A stretch of DNA of 41,629 nt from a virus (IMGVR_UViG_3300011443_000013:1-41629), one strand, 5' to 3'; shown: positions 1 to 7,899, counted from the stretch's first letter. Notes: generated from the letters alone by a model not told the origin. Made by a program: numbers and translations.

Positions 1-118
1 ACTGATGGCCGTACCATCCTTCGAATTGGTTTTTCATTTCTGTAACTGTTTAAGTGAATTGCTGTATTGCAAGTGAAGTGTTATCAGGTCGGTTCTTTTC
101 TGGTTCTCAACAAACTGC
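1..118. repeat. Terminal direct repeat copy 1 (identical to 41512-41629); circularity overlap
   Basis: actgatggcc...caaactgc is repeated exactly at the window end; minus-strand ORFs 34..243 and 41330..41548 continue across the junction. Confidence 0.95.
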
Positions 119-243
119 CAGAACTTTTCAATTCCAGTAGCATCGCAGCACCGGCAATAGTCCATGTAGTCACGTAGCCCTGTGCCGTTACAGTTTCCGC
201 AAAGGATGGAGTTTTCGAAGTAAAAGCGTTTCATTTGTCCCAA
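34..243 (-). CDS. Small DnaJ-type zinc-finger protein
   Basis: CGNCNGTG and CRCCDATG (CxxCxGxG-like) pair; overlaps neighbouring genes. Confidence 0.65.
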   Translation of the reverse strand: MGQMKRFYFENSILCGNCNGTGLRDYMDYCRCCDATGIEKFWQFVENQKRTDLITLHLQYSNSLKQLQK

Positions 244-461
244 ATTTTAGAGTCGCCACAATAATCCATTATCGCCGGGTAAACAGATTCTTTTACCTCT
301 ACTACTCCATAGGCGTTAACCCTAGCGTTTTCCTTTTTAATCGGGATGGTTACTGAACCCTGATCTTCAATGTACATCGTGGGGGAATAGGTAAAAGATA
401 CAAGGAACTTATTGCCTAAATCCTGTACTATTTTACCGTGTTGTAGTGGTCTGTATTTCAT
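231..461 (-). CDS. Hypothetical phage protein
   Basis: 76-aa ORF with ATGA overlap with the HNH gene. Confidence 0.65.
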   Translation of the reverse strand: MKYRPLQHGKIVQDLGNKFLVSFTYSPTMYIEDQGSVTIPIKKENARVNAYGVVEVKESVYPAIMDYCGDSKIWDK

Positions 462-841
462 GACTGTAGTGTTTGAAGTGTTGCGGCAATAGCTGCCATT
501 TTATGTCTGCCTCCTTTATGCCTTCCTTTGGTTAACATATCTTTCATATTATCGGCCTGTGTTCCTAAAAATAGATGGTCAGGGTTAACGCAAGCTGGAT
601 TGTCACAACGATGTAAAACAGACAGCCCGTTAATAGCTCCACGATAAATTTGATAAGAGAACCTATGAGCATAAAAAATCCTTTTTTCAGAACCCATAAC
701 ACCGTAACCGTATCTTTCGTGTAAAGCGCCCAACCAATACCAGCAGCCATCAATGCTATAATAAATTTTAGCCTCAAAATACTCCTTAACTGATGGTTTA
801 TTAGCCCATCTTACCGCGATTGCTTTTTGCCACCTATTCAT
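458..841 (-). CDS. HNH homing endonuclease (HNH_3-like)
   Basis: CWYWLG..YG..AHRFSY..VLHRCDNPACVNPDHL..DNMKDM motif series. Confidence 0.9.
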   Translation of the reverse strand: MNRWQKAIAVRWANKPSVKEYFEAKIYYSIDGCWYWLGALHERYGYGVMGSEKRIFYAHRFSYQIYRGAINGLSVLHRCDNPACVNPDHLFLGTQADNMKDMLTKGRHKGGRHKMAAIAATLQTLQS

Positions 842-984
842 TTCTTTTTGAGTTTGGTCAGATCCAATAAAGTCACCGCAATCACAGCCGTTTCCATGTA
901 GGCTTTTACTGATTGCTTTTTAAGCTTCGCAACCTTTTTAATATCTGGAATGATATTGTCTTCAATGTCAATTATTTTTCGCAT
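838..984 (-). CDS. Ribbon-helix-helix (CopG/Arc-like) regulator, 48 aa, not in the ORF track
   Basis: My translation MRKIIDIEDNIIPDIKKVAKLKKQSVKAYMETAV...; alternating beta-strand then two helices; ATGA overlap with HNH; promoter directly upstream. Confidence 0.75.
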   Translation of the reverse strand: MRKIIDIEDNIIPDIKKVAKLKKQSVKAYMETAVIAVTLLDLTKLKKK

Positions 985-1002
985 ATCCTGATTTTGATAT
1001 GC

Positions 1003-1035
1003 CAAAGATATGCTAAAAGTATATACACCTACAAG
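1003..1035 (-). promoter_or_regulatory. Bacteroidota sigma-A type promoter for the RHH-HNH operon
   Basis: Minus strand reads CTTG-N21-TATCTTTG (consensus TTTG-N19-21-TAnnTTTG). Confidence 0.7.
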
Positions 1036-1048
1036 CTTTAGGTAATAT

Positions 1049-1648
1049 TTATTTTGAGATAGTTAAAAACAGCACTCCCCCGGCCAGAATTGCGGCAGAC
1101 GTTTTCCAGAAGCCTTTCCGTCTCCGTTCTTTGTTGTAGTCCCTCTCATTTTTTACCGCTACTTCTTCCCATAAGTGCCCTTTTGTGGCTTCGACCAGGA
1201 TCTGATCCTCCCGGGCTTTGATGATGGCTTCTAAATCAACCACTTCGGCACTGTGGGATAGCTCCAACTGGGTAATAATTTGGTCCTTTTGGGTTAAAAG
1301 GCTGTCGGTTACCTGAATAAACTGCTTTAGAAGTGGCACAGAGTCGGACATGACCACTACCGGGGGCCGTAAATCGGTTAGTTTTCGGGTTAGGGTTGAA
1401 TTTCGCATTTGTAGCCCTTTTAAGACCACCGAATCTTTAGCCCTATCTTTTGCCACCTTAGAACGGATCGTTGAAACTAGGCTATCAGCTTTAAGGGATT
1501 TGGCCTGTAGCTGAGATATACGCTGTTGGTGCAATCTGTTGTCTGTAATCCTTTCGGCTTGCTGCCGCTTACCTTCCGACCTTTGCCAGAGGATGAAAAA
1601 TATAAGAGCAACGATAATAAGCCAAGCAATCGGTTCGCGGTAGTTCAT
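1049..1648 (-). CDS. Spanin-like membrane-anchored coiled-coil protein
   Basis: Likely start MNYREPIAWLIIVALIFFILW (N-terminal TM), long coiled coil, basic patch then C-terminal hydrophobic segment; four DS[LV] motifs. Confidence 0.6.
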   Translation of the reverse strand: MNYREPIAWLIIVALIFFILWQRSEGKRQQAERITDNRLHQQRISQLQAKSLKADSLVSTIRSKVAKDRAKDSVVLKGLQMRNSTLTRKLTDLRPPVVVMSDSVPLLKQFIQVTDSLLTQKDQIITQLELSHSAEVVDLEAIIKAREDQILVEATKGHLWEEVAVKNERDYNKERRRKGFWKTSAAILAGGVLFLTISK

Positions 1649-1839
1649 TTGGCTTCGTGTTTGGAGAGACAAAAATGAATTCTTTCTTGTGTTATCGGTA
1701 AAAGAAACAACTCTTTTTCTAATTGTTTTAGCATATCCACCAGTTCCGCTTTGTCAGCCTGAAGTTCACCCATCTTAGTATAGTAACCCTCAACTGCAAT
1801 TCTCAGCCGCTCATTCTCTGCCTTGAGCGCAGCGAGTTC
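1645..1839. repeat. Three-block inverted repeat with 40496..40705
   Basis: 1803-1839 vs 40496-40532 (34/37), 1744-1766 vs 40578-40600 (23/23), 1645-1669 vs 40681-40705 (25/25), all reverse-complement matches. Confidence 0.9.
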
Positions 1840-1908
1840 ATCCCTCAGTGTTTTATCACGCCTGTCATTAGCAGCCGCCATGCCGTAATAGGCTTCCATA
1901 TCTTCCAT
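1645..1908 (-). CDS. Small coiled-coil protein, paralog of 40466..40705
   Basis: Shares ELAxLKAENERL, LQADKAEL and LSKHEAK* with 40466..40705. Confidence 0.75.
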   Translation of the reverse strand: MEDMEAYYGMAAANDRRDKTLRDELAALKAENERLRIAVEGYYTKMGELQADKAELVDMLKQLEKELFLLPITQERIHFCLSKHEAK

Positions 1909-1916
1909 ATCTCTGT

Positions 1917-2207
1917 TTAGTTAAAGACCTAAAAGTTCGGTTCATAACTGTGAATCATACCCTCAAATATTCTCAAATGCTCCATGCATGTAGGATTGAT
2001 AAACAGCATTCCACCATCTGGCAGAAACAAAGCAAAGTTTTGGGTATTATAAATACCTGTTAAAACGATTTGAAGTTTACCTTGATCGCTTTCACCTATC
2101 GTTTTTTCCATGTAGGTAGTTGGATCGTTGGAGATACTCATTCCAAATTCAATCAAGCGTTCTTTTGTTATTTCTGTGGTCATAATTTTAGTTAGTTAAA
2201 GACCTAA
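1917..2207. repeat. 16-bp direct repeat ttagttaaagacctaa flanking one gene
   Basis: Copies at 1917-1932 and 2192-2207. Confidence 0.85.
1929..2183 (-). CDS. Hypothetical phage protein
   Basis: 84 aa, begins MTTEITKERLIEFG; A-rich leader; fits the operon. Confidence 0.7.
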   Translation of the reverse strand: MTTEITKERLIEFGMSISNDPTTYMEKTIGESDQGKLQIVLTGIYNTQNFALFLPDGGMLFINPTCMEHLRIFEGMIHSYEPNF

Positions 2208-2220
2208 GATTTGTTTTGGT

Positions 2221-2469
2221 TCAGATACTTCCAATTCTACTGATTGTTATTTGTGACGTACGTTTGAATGAGTCCCTTTTAGGCTTCGGCTTGTCATCAA
2301 AAAACAGGCGAACTTCAACTACAGGATTCAAAACAAACGGGTTTTTCTTCTGTTGTTCCTTTGGTCTTATCGAATAACAACCAGTGCTATACCATCCCCC
2401 TGAATAACTTGTATCAGATAAAGTCCATGCCGTATTTGCCGCTGTCGTGTCACAAAAAACATTAACCAT
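2221..2469 (-). CDS. Hypothetical protein
   Basis: 82-aa ORF filling the gap in the minus-strand operon. Confidence 0.5.
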   Translation of the reverse strand: MVNVFCDTTAANTAWTLSDTSYSGGWYSTGCYSIRPKEQQKKNPFVLNPVVEVRLFFDDKPKPKRDSFKRTSQITISRIGSI

Positions 2470-2491
2470 AGCTTTACACCTTAAAATAGAT

Positions 2492-3229
2492 TTAATCCTT
2501 TTTGAGTTTACCGTGTTGAACTAACTTCTCGACCAATTCCTCAGCGTGTTCCTGAGTCAGCGCCAGCACTTCAACATTGCCCACCTTGAAATACTTATAC
2601 CCTGCTGTAGCGGTGTTCCTAACTGGCTTTTCCCGGCCATACTTTTGATAATCGGCGTCTGTCATACCCGGAACTTTCGATCCTTCCTGAAGTGATTTAG
2701 CCCATTCCTTGAACGCTTTATATCCTGGTCCTTCTTCAGCCGGGGGGATTGGTTGTTCGTATTCACCGCTTCTTTCCTTCCGTAATTCTTCTTCGATCAC
2801 TACATACTTTTCATCCAAATACTTCTCCATCCACTTCCGTAAAACGATTCCATCCATCCGGAATATTTCACCATACTGACCAATACAACCACGTTCAAAG
2901 CACAGTTTAAAATCTGCCAGTGATTCATTCGGGAACATTTCTACCAGTTGGGTAGCGATGAACTCCATCTGTGGGACCGTTAGGTTATTGGATACAGAAA
3001 CCCTTTCAGACAGTTTTATCAGTTCGATCTTTACGAAGATCACTATCTTTCCCTGCCCTACGATCTTAATCAGATCGCATATTTTAGGCTGGTCTAAAGA
3101 TTTTCCGATTGAATTGGGCATCGACAGCGCCGCTTTGTTGAAATCACCCGCCGCCAAACTCTCGCACAATGTCGTTTGCGAGAGCTTCTTTAAGGCTGCT
3201 GGTATCTCGTTGTTTTTTTGAAGTTCCAT
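2492..3229 (-). CDS. Putative helicase loader/replication accessory protein (DUF6633-like)
   Basis: Directly downstream of the initiator; SLADFKLCFERGCIGQYGEIFRMDG..LRKWMEKY motif typical of Bacteroidota phage loader-like proteins; start uncertain (3229 or 3259). Confidence 0.6.
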   Translation of the reverse strand: MELQKNNEIPAALKKLSQTTLCESLAAGDFNKAALSMPNSIGKSLDQPKICDLIKIVGQGKIVIFVKIELIKLSERVSVSNNLTVPQMEFIATQLVEMFPNESLADFKLCFERGCIGQYGEIFRMDGIVLRKWMEKYLDEKYVVIEEELRKERSGEYEQPIPPAEEGPGYKAFKEWAKSLQEGSKVPGMTDADYQKYGREKPVRNTATAGYKYFKVGNVEVLALTQEHAEELVEKLVQHGKLKKD

Positions 3230-3866
3230 TGTGTATAATTTCGTCGTTCCAAGATTCATTTGATAGGTAGGTTAGTGGGTTCTTACGGTACTGGATTTCA
3301 GGGGTAGCCCGGACATACAATTCCAAATGCTCCATGATTTTTTCGCGCGCCGCCTGTTTAATCTTTTCCCATTTTTTCAGGCATTTGGGTTTATCCTGTT
3401 TTTTATCGTATAGATTCCAGAAGTCATCGAAACAAGGCCAAACAGTCACTTCGCCGACATTGGCGGCGTTCGCCTTCGTTTCTGATTCTGTTTCGTTTCG
3501 TTTCGTTTCTGTTTCAGGCGGCGACTCGCGGCGAGTTGTCCGCGGCTCGCTGTCAGGTTGCGGAAAAGTGTTGCGCATGTTTCTAAGTCGCTGTCCGAAG
3601 TTGACAATTCGCAAATATTCTTTGCCCTCTACGGTATAAGCACATAGTATCTTAGCGTCAATGCACTCATTAACCCATTTAGATATACTTGAATCTTTAT
3701 ATTCCTTCAAAGGAAATAAGGCAGCCCGGATTAACTTAGGATTGCTGTAAAAGCTACCATAGTCATCGGCCTTCATTATCAGACGGGTAAAAAATATCTC
3801 AGCTTCTGGACTAAGTAAGTCGATGGATTCTGAAGCGGTCCAATCTCTTAGGATTCTATTGGCCAT
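3144..3866 (-). CDS. Phage replication initiator (replisome organiser-like)
   Basis: N-terminal EAEIFFTRLIMKADDYG winged-helix region, low-complexity ETETK linker, C-terminal FDDFWNLYDKK..KW..NPLTYLSNESWNDE domain. Confidence 0.8.
   Translation of the reverse strand: MANRILRDWTASESIDLLSPEAEIFFTRLIMKADDYGSFYSNPKLIRAALFPLKEYKDSSISKWVNECIDAKILCAYTVEGKEYLRIVNFGQRLRNMRNTFPQPDSEPRTTRRESPPETETKRNETESETKANAANVGEVTVWPCFDDFWNLYDKKQDKPKCLKKWEKIKQAAREKIMEHLELYVRATPEIQYRKNPLTYLSNESWNDEIIHNGTSKKQRDTSSLKEALANDIVREFGGG
3476..3516. repeat. Tandem tttcg/tttctg repeats within the initiator linker (candidate origin/iteron region)
   Basis: ttcgtttctgattctgtttcgtttcgtttcgtttctgtttca; lambdoid origins lie in the initiator linker. 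Confidence 0.4.
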
Positions 3867-3957
3867 AAAAGCATGCCCCCGACAAATCGCGGCTGTCCAC
3901 GAGAACCGATAGGTTCAAAGAGGCACGAAATGTCAGGGATACTTTTAATGTTTTCAT
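3856..3957 (-). CDS. Putative 33-aa leader peptide overlapping the initiator start
   Basis: MKTLKVSLTFRASLNLSVLVDSRDLSGACFYGQ*; stop lies within the first four codons of the initiator. Confidence 0.4.
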   Translation of the reverse strand: MKTLKVSLTFRASLNLSVLVDSRDLSGACFYGQ

Positions 3958-3968
3958 ACGTGAACAGC
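3867..3968 (-). promoter_or_regulatory. Structured 5' leader RNA (long stem plus possible pseudoknot) upstream of the initiator
   Basis: 3946-3924 pairs with 3891-3867 using G-U pairs on the minus strand; inner hairpin GAACC-UAUC-GGUUC; GCUGUUCACG (3968-3959) complementary to CGUGGACAGC (3901-3892). Confidence 0.6.
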
Positions 3969-3985
3969 TACATTAAAACTATAAA

Positions 3986-4312
3986 TTATTTACATGATTT
4001 CCAAACAGAAGCAAAAGCCCTATGTGCTGTTACATTCTTTACCGGGGCATAGCCTACCCTTGTAATTAAGCCCTCCTTTGCCGCCCTTAGAACGATGTGG
4101 CCAAAGGCCCGTTTACTTGGCGGTTGTTCAATAAGGCCAGTAATCGAGTCCCGGAAGTCTTCAGCCTGGAAAGGAGCGCCATTGCCGGAAATGAACCTTT
4201 TAAACAGTCCGTAAACCTTGTCACTCCACTGGTCATGTACCCGGTCAGCGTGGTCTACAGCCCTTTTAATTCCCTTATCGCGGGCTTCAAAACTTAGTTC
4301 TATCTGATTCAT
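3986..4312 (-). CDS. Conserved phage hypothetical protein (possible winged helix)
   Basis: PPSKRAFGHIVLRAAKEGLI..H....VW pattern common in phage early regions. Confidence 0.7.
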   Translation of the reverse strand: MNQIELSFEARDKGIKRAVDHADRVHDQWSDKVYGLFKRFISGNGAPFQAEDFRDSITGLIEQPPSKRAFGHIVLRAAKEGLITRVGYAPVKNVTAHRAFASVWKSCK

Positions 4313-4490
4313 ACGCTTTAGTTTTGTATTTCAAATGCCATCCTTTTGGATGTTGACAATCCCGGCAGCTATTCCGAATACTCTCATGGATAGCCTTTAC
4401 ATACCCCCCAACAATGTATTTTGAGGTAGATTTGTTGAAGAATGAAATGGGCAATTCCTGCCCGCATTTGTTACATTTCTTTTTTTCCAT
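4287..4490 (-). CDS. Zinc-ribbon protein
   Basis: KKCNKCGQELPISFF...SCRDC. Confidence 0.7.
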   Translation of the reverse strand: MEKKKCNKCGQELPISFFNKSTSKYIVGGYVKAIHESIRNSCRDCQHPKGWHLKYKTKAYESDRTKF

Positions 4491-4528
4491 AGTTTAAAAT
4501 GTGGAAGGTGCTTACCAGTTCCGGCCCT

Positions 4529-4828
4529 CTATTTCCGGGGATTCTGATAGCCCTCCCACTGAAAAATGTTTGTGTTAAAACTTATTGCGATTTTAACCGC
4601 CCTAAATCTGCTTTTACTGAATCCAAATCCGGGCCGCTTGCCTACATCATCCGAGTAAACATGACAGAACCAGCCTGAACCATTGACCATATCACGGCCT
4701 TTGTACAAGTACACCCTCAAACCACGAATCTCTTTGTAGCAGCATTTATCGTAACCGTGTGTTTTAATTTGGCTCAAAATAAATTCGGATACTGTTGTTT
4801 TCCTCTCCTTATCTTTCCGCAACTCCAT
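4529..4828 (-). CDS. Hypothetical protein
   Basis: 99-aa ORF in operon orientation; start uncertain. Confidence 0.55.
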   Translation of the reverse strand: MELRKDKERKTTVSEFILSQIKTHGYDKCCYKEIRGLRVYLYKGRDMVNGSGWFCHVYSDDVGKRPGFGFSKSRFRAVKIAISFNTNIFQWEGYQNPRK

Positions 4829-4946
4829 ACCCTGATATCATCACTGAAGACCATGTCGTTCACGTGGCTATAGCCTTCGGCTCCGGTGTACTTTTGCTTC
4901 TTTGGGCCTACGTTTGGACTAGGGTAGGCTTTCTGTTTCATCTTGT

Positions 4947-5759
4947 TCATAGCGGTAGCTGGGTTTGGTAGTCGATCAATTTAATAGGCCGTTTTTCTTT
5001 GTACACTCCGCACATTTCAGCACACGTTCCACAGTGGCCCAAATAGGTCTTCCGGTTGTACTTGCTTACATACTGCTTCTTACCTAAGAACTTGGATTCT
5101 TTGATCTTAATAACCCCGTCTTTGACGTATGGATTATGTTTTGAAACCCTTAACACCGTGTCCAGTGTGGGTGTGTGTTTAAATAGCTCTGCCTGTACTT
5201 TTGCCAACCTATGGCCGGTTTCATTGGTCAAATCAAAGTCCGCCGAAACTATCCTTAGAACTGATTTACAGAAGGGTTTCAACCTCAGAAACTCGTTCAC
5301 CGAATTAACCAGGTGTCCAGGCTCATCCAGCGCAGACACCGACGTATTGACGCAGATGTTGTACCCTGACAATTCAATCAACTGCTCATCTGTGAGCTTG
5401 TTCCAGTGCTTGGTAATAATCACAATCTCCTTATTCGCGGGCGCGATCCATCGACAAATGTTTAATGTATGTTGCCAGTCCTCAGAGGGATCTCCCATAG
5501 TACCCATCCGCACAAAGGGCAAATCAATTTTACGTATTTGGTTAACGATCTTAACACGGTGTTTAACATTCTGAAAGTCCCGGAACACGGTTTTCTTAAA
5601 GTCATAGCCATACATCCGGGCAGCTTTGGCGGCGTAGCAATCATTATAACATCCGTTCCGGTTCTCTGCAGTCCCGGCGGTACACCCAATCGAGGGATCT
5701 AAACTGTAGACCCCCCGTGAGTTGTAGGTTAATGAAATACGTTGGCTGTAGGTTCTCAT
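4947..5759 (-). CDS. Radical-SAM-like Fe-S protein with atypical cysteine spacing
   Basis: GC-x10-C-x3-CYA, VRMGTMGDP, IITK, NTSVS, C-terminal CxxCxxxC. Confidence 0.65.
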   Translation of the reverse strand: MRTYSQRISLTYNSRGVYSLDPSIGCTAGTAENRNGCYNDCYAAKAARMYGYDFKKTVFRDFQNVKHRVKIVNQIRKIDLPFVRMGTMGDPSEDWQHTLNICRWIAPANKEIVIITKHWNKLTDEQLIELSGYNICVNTSVSALDEPGHLVNSVNEFLRLKPFCKSVLRIVSADFDLTNETGHRLAKVQAELFKHTPTLDTVLRVSKHNPYVKDGVIKIKESKFLGKKQYVSKYNRKTYLGHCGTCAEMCGVYKEKRPIKLIDYQTQLPL

Positions 5760-7183
5760 AGCCTACCGATATTTGGGTACAGGTCTTTTATCTTTGAAAC
5801 ATCCCCTTTGTAGAAAGCATATATTTTCTGTTCACGCTTTGGAAACTTGCGATGGTGCAGTGTTTTCTTAGCATGGGCCAACCTGGTAAATTCACTTTCC
5901 AGGTACACAATCTTATTGTAGATCAATAACCCTTGTGATTTAAACCATAGCTCATGTTCAGCCTCACAACCGTAATATCCAGTATCTTTTCCACGGCTAT
6001 CGCCAGTCATTACCACAAAGAAACAATTATCATTTAACGCCTCAATTGCTTTCTTATACCCAGCGAACAACGTATCCCGGAACTGTTCATAGGTCGGGAT
6101 GGTGTTCAGTTCGCCCTCTGGCGGGTTGCCATCATAGTCTAGATACTCTTCTACTTTGTAATAGGGTGGGCAGCTAAAAACTAAATCGTATTTTTGATGT
6201 GGGGCATAGGTTGAACTATCCGCTTTTATCCATTTCGTACTATAGAAGTCCTGACACAGTGCATTGTTAGCATCACATTGATTTTGTCGGATCTCTGTGG
6301 CCACGTATTCATAGTTGTACGACCCGGTTATAAATCCAAACTGCACACCACCACCAAAAGGATTGTAAACTCTAAAACCCGCCTTTGGCATAAACATTCG
6401 AAGTATGACCTCACACGCTGTAGGATCCAACACCGAAGCATTGCCGTTAAATGACTTACCTTTTTCGTGTACAATCTCGCCATCTTCATCAATCTTTCGC
6501 TCGGAAAGGATCACATTCGACATACCGTTAGCACCCTGCCAGCAGCCATCACGCGAGGCGAACCGTGGGTTAGGTATGTTATACTTTTCCCCGGCCGCGT
6601 CTATCTTTGCGTTCCATTCTCTTTTAGTTCGCAACCAATCTCCCTTAACTGAGTTCCATACATTTGTCATTGTGATGTGAGCCAGGAATTTCATACGAAC
6701 GTCAGCTTCGTTACCATGTACCAGGTAGTGAAACTGTCCCATCTTCAGATAGGTTTTAAATCCCAAACTGTGGAATAACTTAGCTGTTTCGTATTTAGAG
6801 CGCGGGTCGGTTGTGATGATGGCCGGGTAACCGAATGTGTTATATTCAATTATTTTATTCACCATTCTGGAATACAAATCTACATTGATAGTATCCGGGT
6901 AGATGGCGGACTGTAGCAAACAAAACTCTTTTGCATCGTGGTTAACCTGGAAAGTAAAGAAGCCTTTGAACTCTCCGTTAATTTTAAGGATCACAGCCGA
7001 ATGAATTTGCATATTCTTCCGGGCTGCCCGGTAGGCTATCTTATCCAATATTGCCAACGTTGCAATATCCTTTTCATAGCCTGAACCGATCACGGTTTCA
7101 ACGGTGAACAATTCTACATCTTGTTTGAATATTGGTAACTGTTTTGGATCAATTACAACCTCATTTTCTAATTCTATTTGCAT
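5756..7183 (-). CDS. GNAT-like domain fused to an amino-type (N6A/N4C) DNA methyltransferase
   Basis: MTase motifs SVLDP, VYNPFGGG (motif I), EIR, DLVFSCPPYY (motif IV); N-terminal ~160 aa has GFFTF strand and LFHSLGF GNAT signature; start 7183 or 7207. Confidence 0.8.
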   Translation of the reverse strand: MQIELENEVVIDPKQLPIFKQDVELFTVETVIGSGYEKDIATLAILDKIAYRAARKNMQIHSAVILKINGEFKGFFTFQVNHDAKEFCLLQSAIYPDTINVDLYSRMVNKIIEYNTFGYPAIITTDPRSKYETAKLFHSLGFKTYLKMGQFHYLVHGNEADVRMKFLAHITMTNVWNSVKGDWLRTKREWNAKIDAAGEKYNIPNPRFASRDGCWQGANGMSNVILSERKIDEDGEIVHEKGKSFNGNASVLDPTACEVILRMFMPKAGFRVYNPFGGGVQFGFITGSYNYEYVATEIRQNQCDANNALCQDFYSTKWIKADSSTYAPHQKYDLVFSCPPYYKVEEYLDYDGNPPEGELNTIPTYEQFRDTLFAGYKKAIEALNDNCFFVVMTGDSRGKDTGYYGCEAEHELWFKSQGLLIYNKIVYLESEFTRLAHAKKTLHHRKFPKREQKIYAFYKGDVSKIKDLYPNIGRL

Positions 7184-7197
7184 ATGTTTATTAAGTT

Positions 7198-7317
7198 TTA
7201 TCCCCATATCACTCTACATGAAAGCCAAATGAAGAACATTGAAATAATGAATCCGACTGCACACGAAGCCAATGTACTCCAGACGTGTAGCCATTTAGTG
7301 TCGATTGTTTTTTTCAT
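7198..7317 (-). CDS. Small membrane protein (39 aa), not in the ORF track
   Basis: MKKTIDTKWLHVWSTLASCAVGFIISMFFIWLSCRVIWG; ATGA overlap with the upstream gene. Confidence 0.55.
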   Translation of the reverse strand: MKKTIDTKWLHVWSTLASCAVGFIISMFFIWLSCRVIWG

Positions 7318-7682
7318 GTTGTTAGTTGGTCAAGTACGGTTTTAAGTTCTGAAATATGTTTTTCCATATGGAATGAATAGTAAGACTCGAAAGTTTTATG
7401 GCCGTCCGGCTGAAGTTCCCATATGCGATAGAGGCAATTCCTGACGCGCTGTGACTTCGTTTTACCTGGAAGGTCGACTTCTAAACTGTCGATCTGATCA
7501 AGTTCCCTTTGGGCTATCGTTTCCTTAGGGCTAATATACAGCGCCACTAATTTACCTCTGTGTGAAAATATCTCCCCTACGTTGGCCGGGGATAACTCCT
7601 GCGAATCAAAGCAAAGTTTAAGACTGCCGTCTTGTAGGCTTCGGATAGAACCGAGTATTGCGGGTAGGATTATGCCGTTCAT
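7314..7682 (-). CDS. Conserved phage hypothetical protein
   Basis: IRSLQDGSLKL..QEL and KTKSQRVRNCLYRIWE..FESYY..MEK motifs. Confidence 0.75.
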   Translation of the reverse strand: MNGIILPAILGSIRSLQDGSLKLCFDSQELSPANVGEIFSHRGKLVALYISPKETIAQRELDQIDSLEVDLPGKTKSQRVRNCLYRIWELQPDGHKTFESYYSFHMEKHISELKTVLDQLTT

Positions 7683-7897
7683 GGTTTAGGGGGTTCAGGT
7701 AGTGGCATCCAGTGAGTGACAGTGTTCTCGTTAATTTTTGCATAGCATGGTTGTTCATCACCTGAGTCACACCAATACGGTATAAACCTCTTATCCTCTG
7801 GGATTGTCAAGTAACCTATCTCAACGCATTCCAGCCAGTAGGTTAACACGCGAGTTTCTGATTCCGGCAGTCGATCTTTAACGCTTATCCATTCCAT
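7679..7897 (-). CDS. DUF551 family protein
   Basis: MEWISVKDRLPE...VTHWMPLPEPPK. Confidence 0.9.
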   Translation of the reverse strand: MEWISVKDRLPESETRVLTYWLECVEIGYLTIPEDKRFIPYWCDSGDEQPCYAKINENTVTHWMPLPEPPKP

Positions 7898-7899
7898 AG

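Noticed and set aside
1645-1908. Paralogous blocks as a diversity-generating retroelement TR/VR pair
   Set aside because: No reverse transcriptase is present, the spacers differ in length and the mismatches are not adenine-specific
1893-1910. Short tandem duplication cttccatat x2
   Set aside because: Only two 9-bp units giving MEDME; it affects the choice of start codon at most
1917-2207. Direct repeats as a mini CRISPR array
   Set aside because: Only two 16-bp copies, separated by a whole gene, and no cas genes
2958-6680. Plus-strand ORFs 2958..3221, 3334..3639, 4097..4297, 5056..5574, 5469..5702, 6405..6680, 6467..6652
   Set aside because: Antisense shadows of well-supported minus-strand genes, with no motifs
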